The position numbers and the translations under genes were made by a program. Positions 1-14,010 of a stretch of 64,000 bases of DNA are shown here, piece by piece (within the stretch, counting starts at the first letter, position 1; each line of letters begins with the position of its first letter). The stretch is taken from NCBI RefSeq assembly GCF_009914755.1, contig NC_060934.1. One strand, written 5' to 3'. The notes under the pieces were generated by a model, which did no database searches, was not told where the DNA came from, and saw nothing but the letters and a program-made list of their open reading frames with translations. This DNA is from the human T2T-CHM13v2.0 reference genome, Homo sapiens.

Positions 1-53
1 TGTTTAGTGTTTCCTTCATTGGTAAGTCCTCTGTCAAACATAATTAATTATGG

Positions 54-410
<357 letters not shown>

Positions 411-1529
411 TCAATTTGTTGATAGCCCAGTGGGAGAAACATGGAATTTCTGAGTTGGAAAAGCCTAATGGAATTCATAGACCTTTATTTGCCAAGGAGT
501 TCTCAATGGGAGGAAGTAAGTTGCCCAAGGTTACTCAGCCTCTTGGGGCTAATGCTAGAGCTAGAGCTCAAGGTTTTTAATTCCTATCCAGTACCATTCT
601 CCAGATGCCCAGAATTTAGACATAAGGTTTCCAAAAAAGGCTTGGTAGGGATCCCCTAGTTCTGCTGTGAAGTGCCCACTGTGACATTATCCTTTGTTTC
701 CACTTCCCTCTGCCCCCATATGGGGTTTTAATTAATTAATGGAAGGTCAGATGGCAAATGATTTGCTTTCTGATGGGATTTTGATATGCATTGTTGAGAG
801 CAATTACATATGCACATTTTGGAGACAGCAGCTTCCTGACTGTACTCATTTACATGGCTAATCACCATGAGCAGCACTTGTCAGGCAGCTCTATCTGTAG
901 GGGTAGGACAGGCACGGGGAGAAGCCAACAAGGACATAACACAAAACACTCACGTTATACTCTTTCAAACTGAAACGCTCAATGGCACATTTTAGATGAA
1001 GCCAAGTGACTTGTTATTACTATTACCAATGTCCTTTTAATTGAGGCTTCAGATGACCATAGAACTCGGTGACCTTAAAGAGATGAGCTCACGTCAAAAG
1101 GGACAATTTTTGATATATTTCTTTACAGTGTGAAAGGGTCAATGAACTGGCATTTGCCAATAAAAGGCAAAGCTCTTTTTGCATCTCTATAATTCTTAAT
1201 AAAATTTGAGACCAAATGAGAAAACTTTGTCTTTTCTATTTCCGTTTCTCTGATTGTGAAATAAATTAGTAAGTGAAAAGAGAAATAACTTCTATTTTAT
1301 TAAGGTTTTTTTGTAGTTTTATTGCAATAGACATAGCTAAGGCATCAGTATTAGAGGCTTGTGTTGGTGACTTTTATTTTTAATCTTTGGTGATTCAACG
1401 TTTGCATTTAGATTTCTGAAAAAGACTACTGTGTGAGTAATCTGGTATTGTACAGTACACTGATTATCTGAAAACAAAAACCTGCCATTTGTAAGCATTT
1501 CCTTTTTCTCTAGACATATCGTGCAGAAT

Positions 1530-1770
1530 CTGCCATGAACGCAGGCTCTAGAATCAAATATTGTTAGGCTCTTACCTTAGTGCAGCCTTATACCACCTGA
1601 AAGATGCTGGGTAAATTGACGTAAACTTCTTGAGACTCAGAATTTTCTTCTGCACAATGGGATGATAATGGAATCCAAGTCACAGGGTATTAATGAGGAT
1701 TAAGTGAGGTGAAGTGAGTGAAGCCTTGGCAAGATACATAGCCCATTCTAGCAACTCAGTAAATGCTATG
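1530..1770 (+). mobile_element. MIR SINE
   Basis: MIR-core-like CTCAG..TTCTTCTGCACAATGGGATGATAAT..ACAGGGT..GAGGATTAAGTGAG..CTCAGTAAATGCTA. Confidence 0.75.
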
Positions 1771-2014
1771 AAATATAATATGACTGGTAATGTAGAGCTT
1801 TATTCAGCTTTTCAGACTGTACCTGATATTTCAAACCCTCATAATTGCGCTGACTCTGAGTTCATCACTGAGAAATGGCCAACTTTGGTTATAAGTATGG
1901 AAGTTCTTATAAGTACTATTTCTCTAACACTTACTAAGCTGTCAGTGCATGGTCATAGGTGATATTTGTAGTAAATGCCATGTAGAAATTTCATTTGGTG
2001 AAAATAGTTCCCTT

Positions 2015-2880
2015 CATATATATATATCATATATATGATATATACATATACATATGCATATACATGTATATATACACATATACATATACATGTATATATA
2101 CACATATACATATACATATATACACATATACATATACACATATGCACATACACATATACACATATGCATATACACATATACATATGCATATACACATATA
2201 CACATATGCATATACACATATACACATATGCATATACACATATACACATATGCATATACACATATACACATATGCATATACACATATACACATATGCATA
2301 TACACATATACACATATGCATATACACATATACACATATGCATATACACATATACACATATGCATATACACATATGCATATGCACATATGCATATACACA
2401 TATGCATATGCACATATGCATATACACATATGCATATGCACATATGCATATATACATATGCATATGCACATATGCATATATACATATGCATATGCACATA
2501 TGCATATATACATATGCACATATGCATATATGCATATATACATATGCATATATGCATATATACATATACATATGTATATATACATATACATATATACATA
2601 TATACATATACATATATACATATATACATGTGCATATATACATATATACATGTGCATATATACATATATACATGTGCATATATACATATGTATATATACA
2701 TATATACATATACATGTGCATATATACATATGTACATATGTATATATACATATGTATATGTACATATATACATGTACATATATACATATGTATATATACA
2801 TATATATGTACATGTATACATATGTGTATATATATACATATATATCATATATATAATATGTATGTATATATACACACACA

Positions 2881-2920
<40 letters not shown>
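2015..2920. repeat. Complex (CATA/TA/CA)n purine-pyrimidine array (VNTR) ending in (TATG)n
   Basis: Unbroken R/Y alternation ~2038-2845; 8 exact copies of the 22-mer CATATGCATATACACATATACA at 2181-2356; 3 exact copies of a 28-mer at 2357-2440. Confidence 0.97.
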
Positions 2921-2922
<2 letters not shown>

Positions 2923-2925
2923 ATC

Positions 2926-3209
2926 TGAGACAGGGTCTCCCTCTGTCACCCAGGCTGGAGTCCAGTGGCATGATCTTGATGCATTGCAACATCGACCTCC
3001 TGGGCTCAAGCCATTGTCCTGCCTCAGCACCCCCCAATAGCTGGGACTACAGGGATGTGCCACCAGGCCCAGTTAATTTATATATTTTTTTGTAGAGTCA
3101 GGGTTTTGCCACGTTGCCAGGGTGGTCTCAAACTCCTGGCCTCAAGTGAGCCTCCTGCCTTGGCCCTCCAAAGTGCTGGGATTACAGGCATGAATAACCA
3201 TACCAGGCC
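2926..3209 (-). mobile_element. AluJ
   Basis: Antisense Alu TGAGACAGGGTCTC...CAAAGTGCTGGGATTACAGGCATG..CCAGGCC; candidate TSD AAATAGTTCCCTT (2002-2014) / AAATAGGTCACTT (3210-3222). Confidence 0.93.
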
Positions 3210-3399
3210 AAATAGGTCACTTTTAAAGAATACGTGGTTTTCCCCATTGTATTACCAATTAAAATGAGGGGAAAAAAGACTCTTTTGACATCTATAAATA
3301 GCTGTCTTTCAAAAATTCTGTTAATTTGGTTTATTGCTATAGACATTCTTAATAATCATATGATTTCTGGTCATAATAATTGCTGAATCTTTGAATTCT

Positions 3400-3760
3400 G
3401 TTTTAAAAAACTTTGTATAATGAAAAATGTCAAACCTATACAGAAGTTGAGAGAAGAATATGATAAGCCCATATGTATACCTCACCCAACCTCAACAATT
3501 AACAATATATGGCCAGTCTTATTTCATCTAACTTCCCACTCACTTCCCTCTTGTCTCATCACAGTGAGTTATTTTGAAAAAAAGAAAGCCAGACATTACA
3601 TTATTTTATTCCTAAATACTTAGAAATATATCACGAGAGGATAAGGACCCTTTGGTGTTAATAAAACCACAGTACCAATATCACACCTTAAAAATTAAAT
3701 TCCTTAACATCATCAAATATCCAGTCAGTTCTCTAATTTCTGCAATTATTTCATGAGCAT
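3400..3760 (-). mobile_element. Old L1 (L1MC-like) 3' UTR fragment
   Basis: AAAATGTCAAACCTATACAGAAGTTGAGAGAA..CCCATATGTATACCTCACCCA..CAATATCACACC resembles antisense L1MC 3' ends. Confidence 0.6.
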
Positions 3761-4656
3761 AGCATTGCTTTATAGTTTAAGTACCGCTTTTGTGTAAAAG
3801 AAAATGAAAGAAAAATTAAAAAGTAATTTTATTGTGCATTTGTGTTCATGTGGTGTATACCATAGTAATTTCTGTCATTTGTCTCCTAGGAAGTAACATA
3901 TTGAAAAATATCTTTTTAGTAGTTGCATTTTACAAGGCAACTGCTAGATGCATCTTGATCCCAAAGATGAGAATTTTACTGGGAGTTAGAAATACCACAG
4001 CCTACATCAGCATTACTGTTTTATATTTCCACCAAATAAGAAGTGATTTTTTTTCTCTGTTATCTAGACACTGTCGATGAAGACTAATCCAGAATAATTT
4101 ATACTTCCAATTTTATATTTAGGAAACCCATTGCAAGAGTTTCCTTTGATTTGCAATTTGAGCTACATGCATACTGTGTTCTGTCTTGGAAAAATACTGA
4201 TATCTATGGAAAGTTTCATGACTTTCTTCTGTAAAAGCTATAAGTGGCCTAGAAATCAATTAAATAGAAAGTCTCTCATTAGGGTGATCATTTTATGATA
4301 TGTTTTATCTTTGCAAGCCAGGACACTGGAGGACAAAACAAACATTTAACCCTGTCAGTGGGGTCAGGAAAAGGCCAAGCTTTTTCACTTTCTGCCATAG
4401 CTATTCCAGAATGTTCACGTGTAAATCATGCTTTCAGAGCCAAGCTATGCTTTAGATGTCTACAGAAGCCTGCTATTTAAGGAAAACTACAGTGAATCCT
4501 TTTGCAAAGTGAGGAATACATTGTTTTGAACCATGAACAAATATGATTAATTTAGTTCTCTTATAGTAAACTTTCCGCATATTAGTCTTTTTGAATGGAC
4601 CTAACTTGAATGTCATTACTGTTAAAATATTAACCTCTTTTTACTCTTTTTATTTT

Positions 4657-4976
<320 letters not shown>

Positions 4977-5319
4977 TCTTTTTATTTTAAAGTAAGATTG
5001 AACGTGGGTAAAAACTCTAAGCTTCTGTGGCCTTATAACTACTCCATTCTATAGAACTGCATTTCTCTGAGATTTGCTTGCTTTTCTTCTCTGAGCCAGT
5101 GTTATGTTTAAATGGAGCCAGTGAGTCTTCATTCGCCATTTTTCACAGTGCCTTACAGTTTGTCACACCAGTGGGTTGAATGATTTTCCAGGAAACATCA
5201 TCACCTCTCATGTGGGAGAAGGGATGACAAGGGATGTGGGAGAAGGCAAGGTCATTTCTGCTCCAGACCGTGTCACAGAAGAAATGAGTGACGATTTGTG
5301 CATGGTTCTCTTCTATTGA

Positions 5320-6025
5320 TTAGGAATGTGCGCGCTTCAGTCCCGTTCCTGTGTATGTTCTTGTCAGGATGAGATTTCTAACTGCTCAGTTGTCTCACTG
5401 TGGTCACAAGGAGAACTTCACAAGTGAGTGGAGAGGACCCAGAAAACCCCTTTCTACTCATGGCACAGCAGCCCACAAGATGAGATCCCTATGCCACTCC
5501 CAGATAGCACGTCCCCGGTGCGTTCTGTGCTTTTGCCTTGGGCATGATTATTCCATGTCACTGATGGCTTCCTGGCTGAAGGTTAAATGTCTGTGTGAGC
5601 CAAGAAGGCACATTCCTGTTCATGCCTGTCTTTACTTTTCCCTCCTTGTCTTCCAGTTCTGGTCCTGTTTGCTTCCTGGACATTTTGCACTACTTCCAGG
5701 AAAAGTCCTGTCATTCAATGAAAATGTAGTACAATTAAACGTACTTCTACTGAGCACATTTTTGGCAAGAAAAATAATGTCTTGGCTGTAAGTCCGCTGC
5801 CTGAAACACACTGATAGTTGCTAACCATGCACATTTTTTCATATAAAATGTCCACACAGAAGTTCGCCTGCTGTCTGGACCTGGGTTCTTCCTCCCTTGC
5901 TGCTGTAACTGCTGCTACAGCCGCCTTGTGACCTACCACACAGGCCAGCCACAGGCAAGCACAAAGCACACCCCTAGCTGTGGACTCAAAACTGACAGAG
6001 ATAAGTTGGGCTTCTGTCAGTAAGA
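5320..6025 (+). promoter_or_regulatory. Candidate alternative promoter / first-exon cluster
   Basis: Repeat-free, locally GC/CpG-richer; TEAD-type GGAATG (5323) and CATTCC (5611); TATAAAA at 5842-5848 followed by ~150 nt ending at donor TCA|GTAAGA (6019/6020). Confidence 0.35.
5657..5787 (+). other. Candidate spliced exon (131 nt), 5' UTR-like with ATG near its 3' end
   Basis: Polypyrimidine tract TTTACTTTTCCCTCCTTGTCTTCCAG| and donor CT|GTAAGT in non-repeat sequence; upstream donor CAA|GTGAGT at 5423/5424; ATG at 5777 with A at -3. Confidence 0.5.
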
Positions 6026-7506
6026 GCTCTTAAAAGCAAAGGAGATAATTTCATTTTGACCTTTTCTCCCTACGGTTCAAATGAGGTGAAATTAATTTTA
6101 ATAGTCATTAATCAAAGGCATTTTGACCATTAATGTAAAATCATTGCTTTTAAAAGCACCCGGATGCTTGTTAAGAGGAAACTATTGCCCTTCCAAATAG
6201 TCTTCATTTTTAAAAATATCCTTTAACATCGTAAGATCATAGAATTTTGAGACCTGCTTAAACTTTGCTTTCCAACTTGCCTTTAAGCGATTCCTTTCTA
6301 GACCAAAGTGCAGTAAGAAATGTGTCATGTCTTCCCACCTGTTGATGGGTTGCTTTGTTAAGTGGATGCTACTCCATGTCCCATTCTGAGATGCTTACCT
6401 TTTGCTGATTTCACTGATATCACTAATCATAAAGTCTTTACATGTTTTGGGGAATATCCTAACACTTATGAAATGGACATCAGGGCAGGGGGTAAAAATC
6501 TTTCATATAATAACTTGGCTTGTGAGATAAGTTGATTCGTAAGGAAACCGACCCATCCTGTTCTACTCTCTATCTATTTCCAATTGTAGGGGACTAAGCA
6601 AAGCTCAAGTTTTCACTAAAGAATGACACGTTTTTCCCTCAGGCTTTTGGCTTTTGCTTACAAAAGCAGAGAAAGCTGTTGTTAATATTTTCATTTAGCT
6701 GACAAAATTGCAGTTATCTCTTTTAGCGAGGTTTTGATATTTGTTAACAACTGTGAATCATTTCATAGATAATTCAAGCCTTGGCTTTCATCCTGTCAGA
6801 TTTCAGAACAAAATTTTAGATTTCCTGAAATAAATGTGGAATGCATGCTTTGCTCAAGGTAGAATAAACCTAACCTCTATGAAGTCAATTAAATAAATGT
6901 GTAATGGATCACCTTAACCTGGGAGGCTGGGATCTCTAAAAGTGTCTGATGATTTTAACGTGTATACGTGTGTTTCTTTTGGTGGTAAATATATAAAGAT
7001 ACATCTTTTATCTGATTGTCAAAAGGCATTTGGCTATCACTTGATTTTACCACTTGCAACAGAGATGTCAGGTGAGCTACTTACTCTTTGAATAGCTGAT
7101 TACATTTCGCCTGACTCAGTTTCCAGCTTGTGATGCCCCAAAGTCCTTTGTAGGAGAGCTGGGAAGCCCCAGGGCTTTCTTCCTCACGGGACCCTCAGCC
7201 TCAGTGCTCCTGGGTGTGTGTGACAGTTTCAGCCTGCCTCAGCCTGGCCACAGAATACCACCTCTTTCTCAACCAGTGCCTGTAAGAACAGCCCCATTAA
7301 TAACATTTTCTGACTTTAGTAATCTTTATTGACAATTTAGGGGCTATGGAGAGAGATCACTCAAGAAAGGACCTCCTTTGATGTCTCCTTATCTCCACTT
7401 CATTTTCTCTTGGTCTCCCTGCCTCCCTTACTAAAGAAACAAATTCCCTCCCTTATGCCTCACTAGTTCTCCCAGAGGTCTCAGCTTCCACCCTTGGTGC
7501 TTATCT

Positions 7507-8251
7507 TGTTGCCAAATTGAACTTGGGTCCACTTGCCCCGTGCACAGAAAAAGCCACATGGACACCAGGATTTGCAGCAAGAGAAAATGAGACATGATTT
7601 CAGGGCACAAAGCAAAGAAAATGGGCTGCTAATGCTTAAGACCTGAACTTCTCAATGGCTTATAAGCAAGGGCTTTTAAAGGCAGGGTACATTTCAGGAA
7701 ACCAGAAGTTATAGGCAAAATCATAAATCATTATATGGTGGTTATAAAGTGGTTCGGTCCAAAAGGCTGGATATCTTGAAGTAAGGACTTATAGGTCATA
7801 GGTAGATTCAGAGATTCTTTGCTAAAAACTTGGGGTCAGCAGAAGGAAGTTCTCAGGTTTGGCCTACAGGCATGACTCTCTTCGGGCCCATCAGGAAGAA
7901 ATGCAAAACAAAGAGTGGTAGTCAGAGTTCAGTCCATAGTTCCCCCTTTTCTGAGGTCTATATGATAGCAATTGGCATTTTTCATCTTCTGGGGGTCCAG
8001 ATTGCTATAAAACAACTCAAGAAGATATGTTAAGATGTTATCTTTTAGTTTCCATAGGGACCCAAAACACCTTGTGACTCTGACTTGCTTGGGAGACTAT
8101 TATTACTATCTTGTTTGCTTTATCAAATTGTTCGTTTACTTTTCAAGGCTAAGTGCCTGGAATTTCCCTTGAAAGAACTCAAAATTTTTCCTTTATTTCC
8201 ATGCTTCCAGGGCCCTGGCAGGCTCCTAAGTCAAGTCCCTGCTCCATGTCA
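7507..8251 (-). mobile_element. ERV1-class solo LTR (MER31/MER67-like; subfamily uncertain)
   Basis: TG...CA termini with exact 4-bp TSD ATCT (7503-7506 / 8252-8255), the length typical of ERV1; 745 bp. Confidence 0.8.
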
Positions 8252-8349
8252 ATCTTTGTAGTTTCCTAAAGAAACCTGGAATATAAAGTGATCTCTGTCT
8301 TCTTACATGCCATGCAAAGATTTTAGCTTTGGTTCCCAAAGGACATAGG

Positions 8350-8964
<615 letters not shown>

Positions 8965-9039
8965 TGAAGGAACAGAATACTTTAGGTACATGACTTTAGT
9001 GCTTTTTAAGATATATGTATGTATACATACATACATAAA

Positions 9040-9297
9040 TATTTGGAGACAAGGTCTCACTTTGCCACCCAGGCTGGAGTGCAGTGGTATAATCATAGCT
9101 CACTGCAGCCTCAATCTCCTGGGCTCAAGTGATCTTTTCACCTCAGCCAACCCAAGTAGCTGTGACTCAAGGCAGTGCTACCACATCTGGCTAATTGTTT
9201 CTTAATTTTTTGTAAAGACAGGATCTTACTATGTTGCTCAGGCTAGTCTCAAACTCATGGCCTCAAGCGATCCCCCTGCTTTGGCCTCTCAGAGCTG
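9040..9297 (-). mobile_element. AluJ, slightly 5'-truncated
   Basis: ATCATAGCTCACTGCAGCCTCAATCTCCTGGGCTCAAG J-type arm. Confidence 0.9.
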
Positions 9298-9479
9298 TAA
9301 AATGTATATTTTAATACAAATATTGTCCATAGTGTTATGTGGGTCTGGAATATTCCAGCTGTATCACCTTTCCTGATGAAGGGTCTGAGTGGACAGGAGA
9401 GTGTTTTCAGGCCTGAATGGTGATAGGGATGTGCTTATTGAACACTCATGACTCGTGACACTGGGGTCAGCAGTAGTTT

Positions 9480-9630
9480 ACTACTCACAACTACCCTGAA
9501 GATAAGACATTTTTAATCTCTATTTCAGAAAGGAGGAGACTGAATTTGTGAGAGAATAAACAACTTGCTCAAGGCCACACAGTCATTATGTCCAATTTCA
9601 AAGTACAATTGACTCCAAAACTCGTGTTTC
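9480..9630 (-). mobile_element. MIR
   Basis: CTCACAACTACCCTGAAG..AGGAGACTGA..AACTTGCTCAAGGCCACACAG. Confidence 0.7.
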
Positions 9631-9632
9631 TG

Positions 9633-10010
9633 TATATTAGCCTGTTCTCACACTGCTATAAAGAACTACCGAGACTGGGTAATTTATGAAGCAAAGAAGT
9701 TTAATTGACTCACAGTTCCACAGGCTGTACAGGAAGCGTGGCTGGGGAGGCCTCAGGAAACTTACAATCATGGCGGAAGGTGAAGAGGAAGCAAGCACGT
9801 TTTCACAGGGCAACAGGAGAGAGCTAGCAAAAGGGGAAGTGCCACACCCATTTAAACCACCAACTGTCATGAGAACTCACTCACTATCATGAAAACAAGG
9901 GGGAAATCTGCCCCTATGATCCCATCACCTCCCACCAGGTCCCTCCCCCAACACTGGGAATTAAAATTCAATATGAGATTTGGATGGGGACACAGAGCCA
10001 AACCATATTA
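9633..10010 (-). mobile_element. THE1D-like MaLR solo LTR
   Basis: TATATTAGCCTGTTCTCACACTGCTATAAAG...GGGGAGGCCTCAGGAAACTTACAATCATGGC...GGGGACACAGAGCCAAACCATATTA. Confidence 0.9.
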
Positions 10011-10199
10011 TTCCATTATACCAAGTTATAGTACAGGGTGTCATTCATGCAGAAGAACATCTGAACTTTCTACAGCCACCAGTTCTCATGAATCCTAGAA
10101 GGAGATTTAAACTTGGAGGAACAATAGATTGTAAGATCTTTAGGGACTCTGCCACCTATAGCATTCCAAGAGGTCATTAATTCTTTTTTTAGTCACAAG

Positions 10200-10482
10200 T
10201 TCAATGGGGTGCTCAAAAAAGAAATTATTCCTTGTTTTGCCTCTTCCATTCAAACAATGGTCTCTGGAGTGTGATGTGCAAGAGAGTCAATCAGGTTGTA
10301 GAGGGAAAATATTAGGCAGGAAGAGGAAGTTGCCAGTCCCTCAAGGCCTGGCCTATGAACCAGCATTTTGCATTCTATGGGTGAGATTGTCATAGCATCC
10401 ATCCAAGCTCAAGAGGAAGACACAGAGCTTACCCTCGATGGAAGCAATATCACGGAATTTCTGTCCATTTTAAATCTTCTTC
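10200..10482 (-). mobile_element. Old MLT1-type LTR fragment
   Basis: GGAAGTTGCCAG..AAGGCCTGGCC..CATTCTAT..GATGGAAG..GAATTT..CCATTTTAAATC resembles older MLT1 ends. Confidence 0.45.
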
Positions 10483-11054
10483 AAGCTGCATTATTTTTGT
10501 AAAAATGATCCCAGCAAACCTGTCCTCATGGAAGCAGAAAGGACCATGTATAGGTGTCACATTCTGTGTCCTCCTCCATCACCACTTCTACCCATCATCT
10601 TCAGCATTGGCTTGGGCTTGGACAATTGACCCTCTGAGTTCTTTATGCCACTTCACGTTAATTTTTAAAGAAGATATATCCCAAATTGTTGGAGATAAAG
10701 ATGTAGACTACCTCTTGAGTATAGTAGTTTTTTTGTTTGTTTGTTTTGTTTTGCTGTGAATCAATCAGGAAACTTAATGGTAGAGTGAGTGCAGAGCTCC
10801 ATGGAGTTTGTTGTGTGTCTCCTAAAACTAGAAAAGAAAGGAAAGATTTTGTCCCCTAAAATATTCTGAAATGTGCAGTGATCCCTGACAGGCAAGGTGC
10901 TGTACTTCTAGTGCTTAACATCCTAACAACATCTAGCAGATTCTTTGTGGACAGTCTCCTGTCTATCATGTTCAGTTTGGCTCAAGCGTAGAGTCCATTG
11001 GAAGGAAGGATGAGAGATGGTGCCAGAGAGAAAAGAGCAGATTGCGAAGAGCCT

Positions 11055-11488
11055 TTGGGCTGCATGACAAAGTACCACAAACAGAGTGTCTCAAACAACA
11101 ACAAAAAATATATTGTCTCACATTTCTGGAGGCTAGAAATTCAAGATTGAGATGTCAGCAGGGCCGGTTCCCTCTGAGGACTGTGAGAGAGAATCTGTGC
11201 CATGCCTCTTTCCCAGCTTCTGGTGGTTGCTGGCAAATTTTTGGTGTTCCTTGGCTTGTACATGCATCACCCTGGACTCTGCCTTCATCTTCTCATGGTG
11301 TTCTCCCTGTATGTGGCAGTCTCCATGTTTTCTTTCTTTTTTACAAGGGCATCAGTCATATTGTATTGAGGCCCAACCCTAACAACTTCTGTAAAGACCC
11401 TCTCTCCAAAGAAGGTCACATTCTGAGGTCCTGGGGGTTAGGATTTCAACATATAAATTTTGAAGAGGAAACTATTCGACTCCTAACA
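11055..11488 (-). mobile_element. MLT1C-like MaLR LTR, apparently inserted in an L2 fragment
   Basis: ACAAAGTACCACAAAC..TTCTGGAGGCTAGAA..CTTCTGGTGGTTGCTGGCAA..GGTCACATTCTGAGGT..CCTAACA; L2-like sequence on both sides. Confidence 0.85.
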
Positions 11489-12884
11489 GACTTGTAAACC
11501 AGTAAAGGATTGTAGACTTTGAAATCAGAGTTTTTATTAGGATCATGTAAGATAATGTTTATGAAAGCACTTCACAAACTGTGAAGTACAACACAGATGT
11601 GAGTTGCTGCTATTGTAATTGCTATGCATGTTACAATTATTCAGCCTATTTCTTTCCATTTTCCTTTGATTTTTGGACTTTGCAGAGCAGACTGTCACGC
11701 TGCAGAAAGTGTGAAAATGGCAAAATGCTTCTACCAACATGGGATTTGGATGTGAGAAAAAACAGCTACCCTTTGCATATTCTTCTAAGGAATTAGGACC
11801 TACTAATTAATTTCTGATGTTTTGAGGGAATCCAATAAACTGCCTCTATAATTTGTATTGGACCTACCAAGACTCACTCTTGTACACAAGCCCACTGGGC
11901 TTATGTATGAAATAGAAATTCTATTCTGTTCTATTAAGAGAAACCTAGCAGCTGCCATTCTCTTCTGAAATGGAAAACCCCAAGGACCACCGTCTTTGGA
12001 ATGTCAGATTTAAAATATAAAAAGGAGCTTATGTTCAAAAAGGCAGCAAACAGGGGAGGGTTCTATTGGACTAAGAATTGAAAATATGTTAGCCCTTCAA
12101 GAAATGCCTTTCTAGGATGTAAACAAGATTAATTTGAAAGTGATTTCTTTTGCCTCGCCTGTATAATATTTTTCTGGGAACAATTTTGTTTGCTTTGAAA
12201 CTGTCACCACTGGGTATCTTAGAAATCTCTTGATTGCTTTTTCATCTTCTCACAGACCACCGACCTTGCACCCCTGCCTCTCATATTTTCACAAAAATGG
12301 AAGATCAAAATTCATTTAAACAGGAGTGAGAACTGCCATAAAACAGCAAATAGCATAATAGGAAATAAGACACTAATCCATACTGTATGAATTTGTTTCT
12401 CTGTTTATGTATATGATGACTTTTTTCCTCAGTGGATTTGAGGGGGTTCATAAAACCATGTAAATTACAATAAGATTAAATAAACAACCGAGGGAGCAAA
12501 AGCCAAGGAGCAAACATGGGTGACAAAATACGGAAACTAGAGGTGGGTTTAACACCATGAAATGTATACCCTGTGGACCTGTGCTTTCGCTGGAGCTGGA
12601 CCTGAGATGGTGCCCAGCTTCTCAGTGGTCACACCATTCATCTCCAAATGCCTGGGTTCTGTAAGATAATCATAGTAATGAGCCCTGTGCCTGAGTAGCT
12701 GCTCTGTGTCCTTGCAGAGAAATTTCTTCCAGGGGCCCTCATAAAAGGACACTGTGTGATTATGGGCAGAGTCTTCAGCCCCTTTCGCTGTAGCAGATAC
12801 AGAAGTGGACACCATGTGGTTGGGTTCTTGTATCTTCCCTTGATGAAGGTCAGTGGCATAATAGTGTGGCGTAATTAAAAAAGC

Positions 12885-13663
12885 AAACATATGAAAAAAA
12901 CCTTATTATCACTGGTTATTAGAGAAATGCAAATCAAAACTACAATGAGATACCATCGCACGGCAGTTAGAATGGTGATCACTAAAACGTCAGGAAACAA
13001 CAGATGCTGGGGAGGATGTGGAGAAATAGGAACACTTTTACACTGTTGGTGGGAGTGTAAACTAGTTCAACCATTGTGGAACATAGTGTGGCAATTTCTC
13101 AAGGATCTAGAACCGGAAATACCATTTGACCTAGCAATCTCATTATTGGGTATATACCCAAAGGATTATAAATCATCCTACTATAAAGACACATGTACAT
13201 GTATGTTTATTGCAGCACTGTTCACAATAGCAGAGACTTGGAACCAACCCAAATGCCCATCAATGACAGACTGGATAAAGAAAATGTGGCACATATACAC
13301 CATGGAATACTATGCAGCCATAAAAAAGGATGAGTTCATGTCCTTTGCAGGGACATGGATGAAGCTGGAAACCATCATTCTCAGCAAACTAACACAGGAA
13401 CAGAAAACTATACACCACATGTTCTCACTCCTAAGTGGCAGTTGAACAATGAGAACACATGAACAGAGGCAGGGGAACATAACACACTGGGGCCTGTCGT
13501 GGGAGTGGAAGACTAGGGGAGGGATAGCGTTAGGATTAATACCTAATGTAGATGATGGGATGATGGGTGCAGAAAACCACCATGGCACGTGTATACCTAT
13601 GTAACAAACCTGCACATTCTGCACATGTATCCCAGAACTTCAAGTATAATCAAACAAACAAAC
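12885..13663 (+). mobile_element. 5'-truncated L1PA (about PA7-8): ORF2 C-terminus + 3' UTR
   Basis: ORF 12891-13445 is the L1 ORF2p C-terminus ([41 protein letters not shown]); 3' UTR and (CAAA)n tail; flanking AAAAAGCA repeat. Confidence 0.96.
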
Positions 13664-13859
13664 AAAAAGCATGGTCCAAATCAAAACTCCCTGATCGTCT
13701 GATAGTCTGACTCCATCCAAGGGTTTAATTGAGAATATCCACAGCAGCATTTCTGAACATTTTTGGAGTAGGGACTCCTTTAAGAAGAAGAATAATGACA
13801 AATATAAACTGAGAACTGAATATACCCAGGTATCTGAGATTGTCTCGTTTACTCTGCAC

Positions 13860-14010
13860 AGACACCCCAGGTGTAGATACTGTTATTATCCCCCTATTAA
13901 AGATTAGGAACTCAAGACCTCCCAAAGTAAGTAACGTGCTTAAGGTCACATAGGTGATAGTGATAGAACCAGATATAAACTCAGGCATGGGTTCAGCCTG
14001 GTGTTATCCA
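13860..14010 (-). mobile_element. MIR
   Basis: GTAGATACTGTTATTATCCCC..AGGAACTC..AAGGTCACATAG..AGAACCAG. Confidence 0.7.

Noticed and set aside
2181-2440. Regular 22/28-bp repeats as a CRISPR-like array
   Set aside because: Head-to-tail units with no unique spacers, in primate DNA: a VNTR.
1953-3040. Six overlapping 257-336 aa ORFs rich in Y/I/H/M/C/V
   Set aside because: All stop codons need two adjacent purines, so a strict R/Y array is open in all frames. The same applies to ORFs at 30085-30418; ORF 42387-43028 is likewise opened by STRs.
12891-13445. 184-aa ORF as a host gene
   Set aside because: It is the L1 ORF2p C-terminus of a 5'-truncated copy. The same holds for the ORFs at 57053-60452 and 63493-63999.
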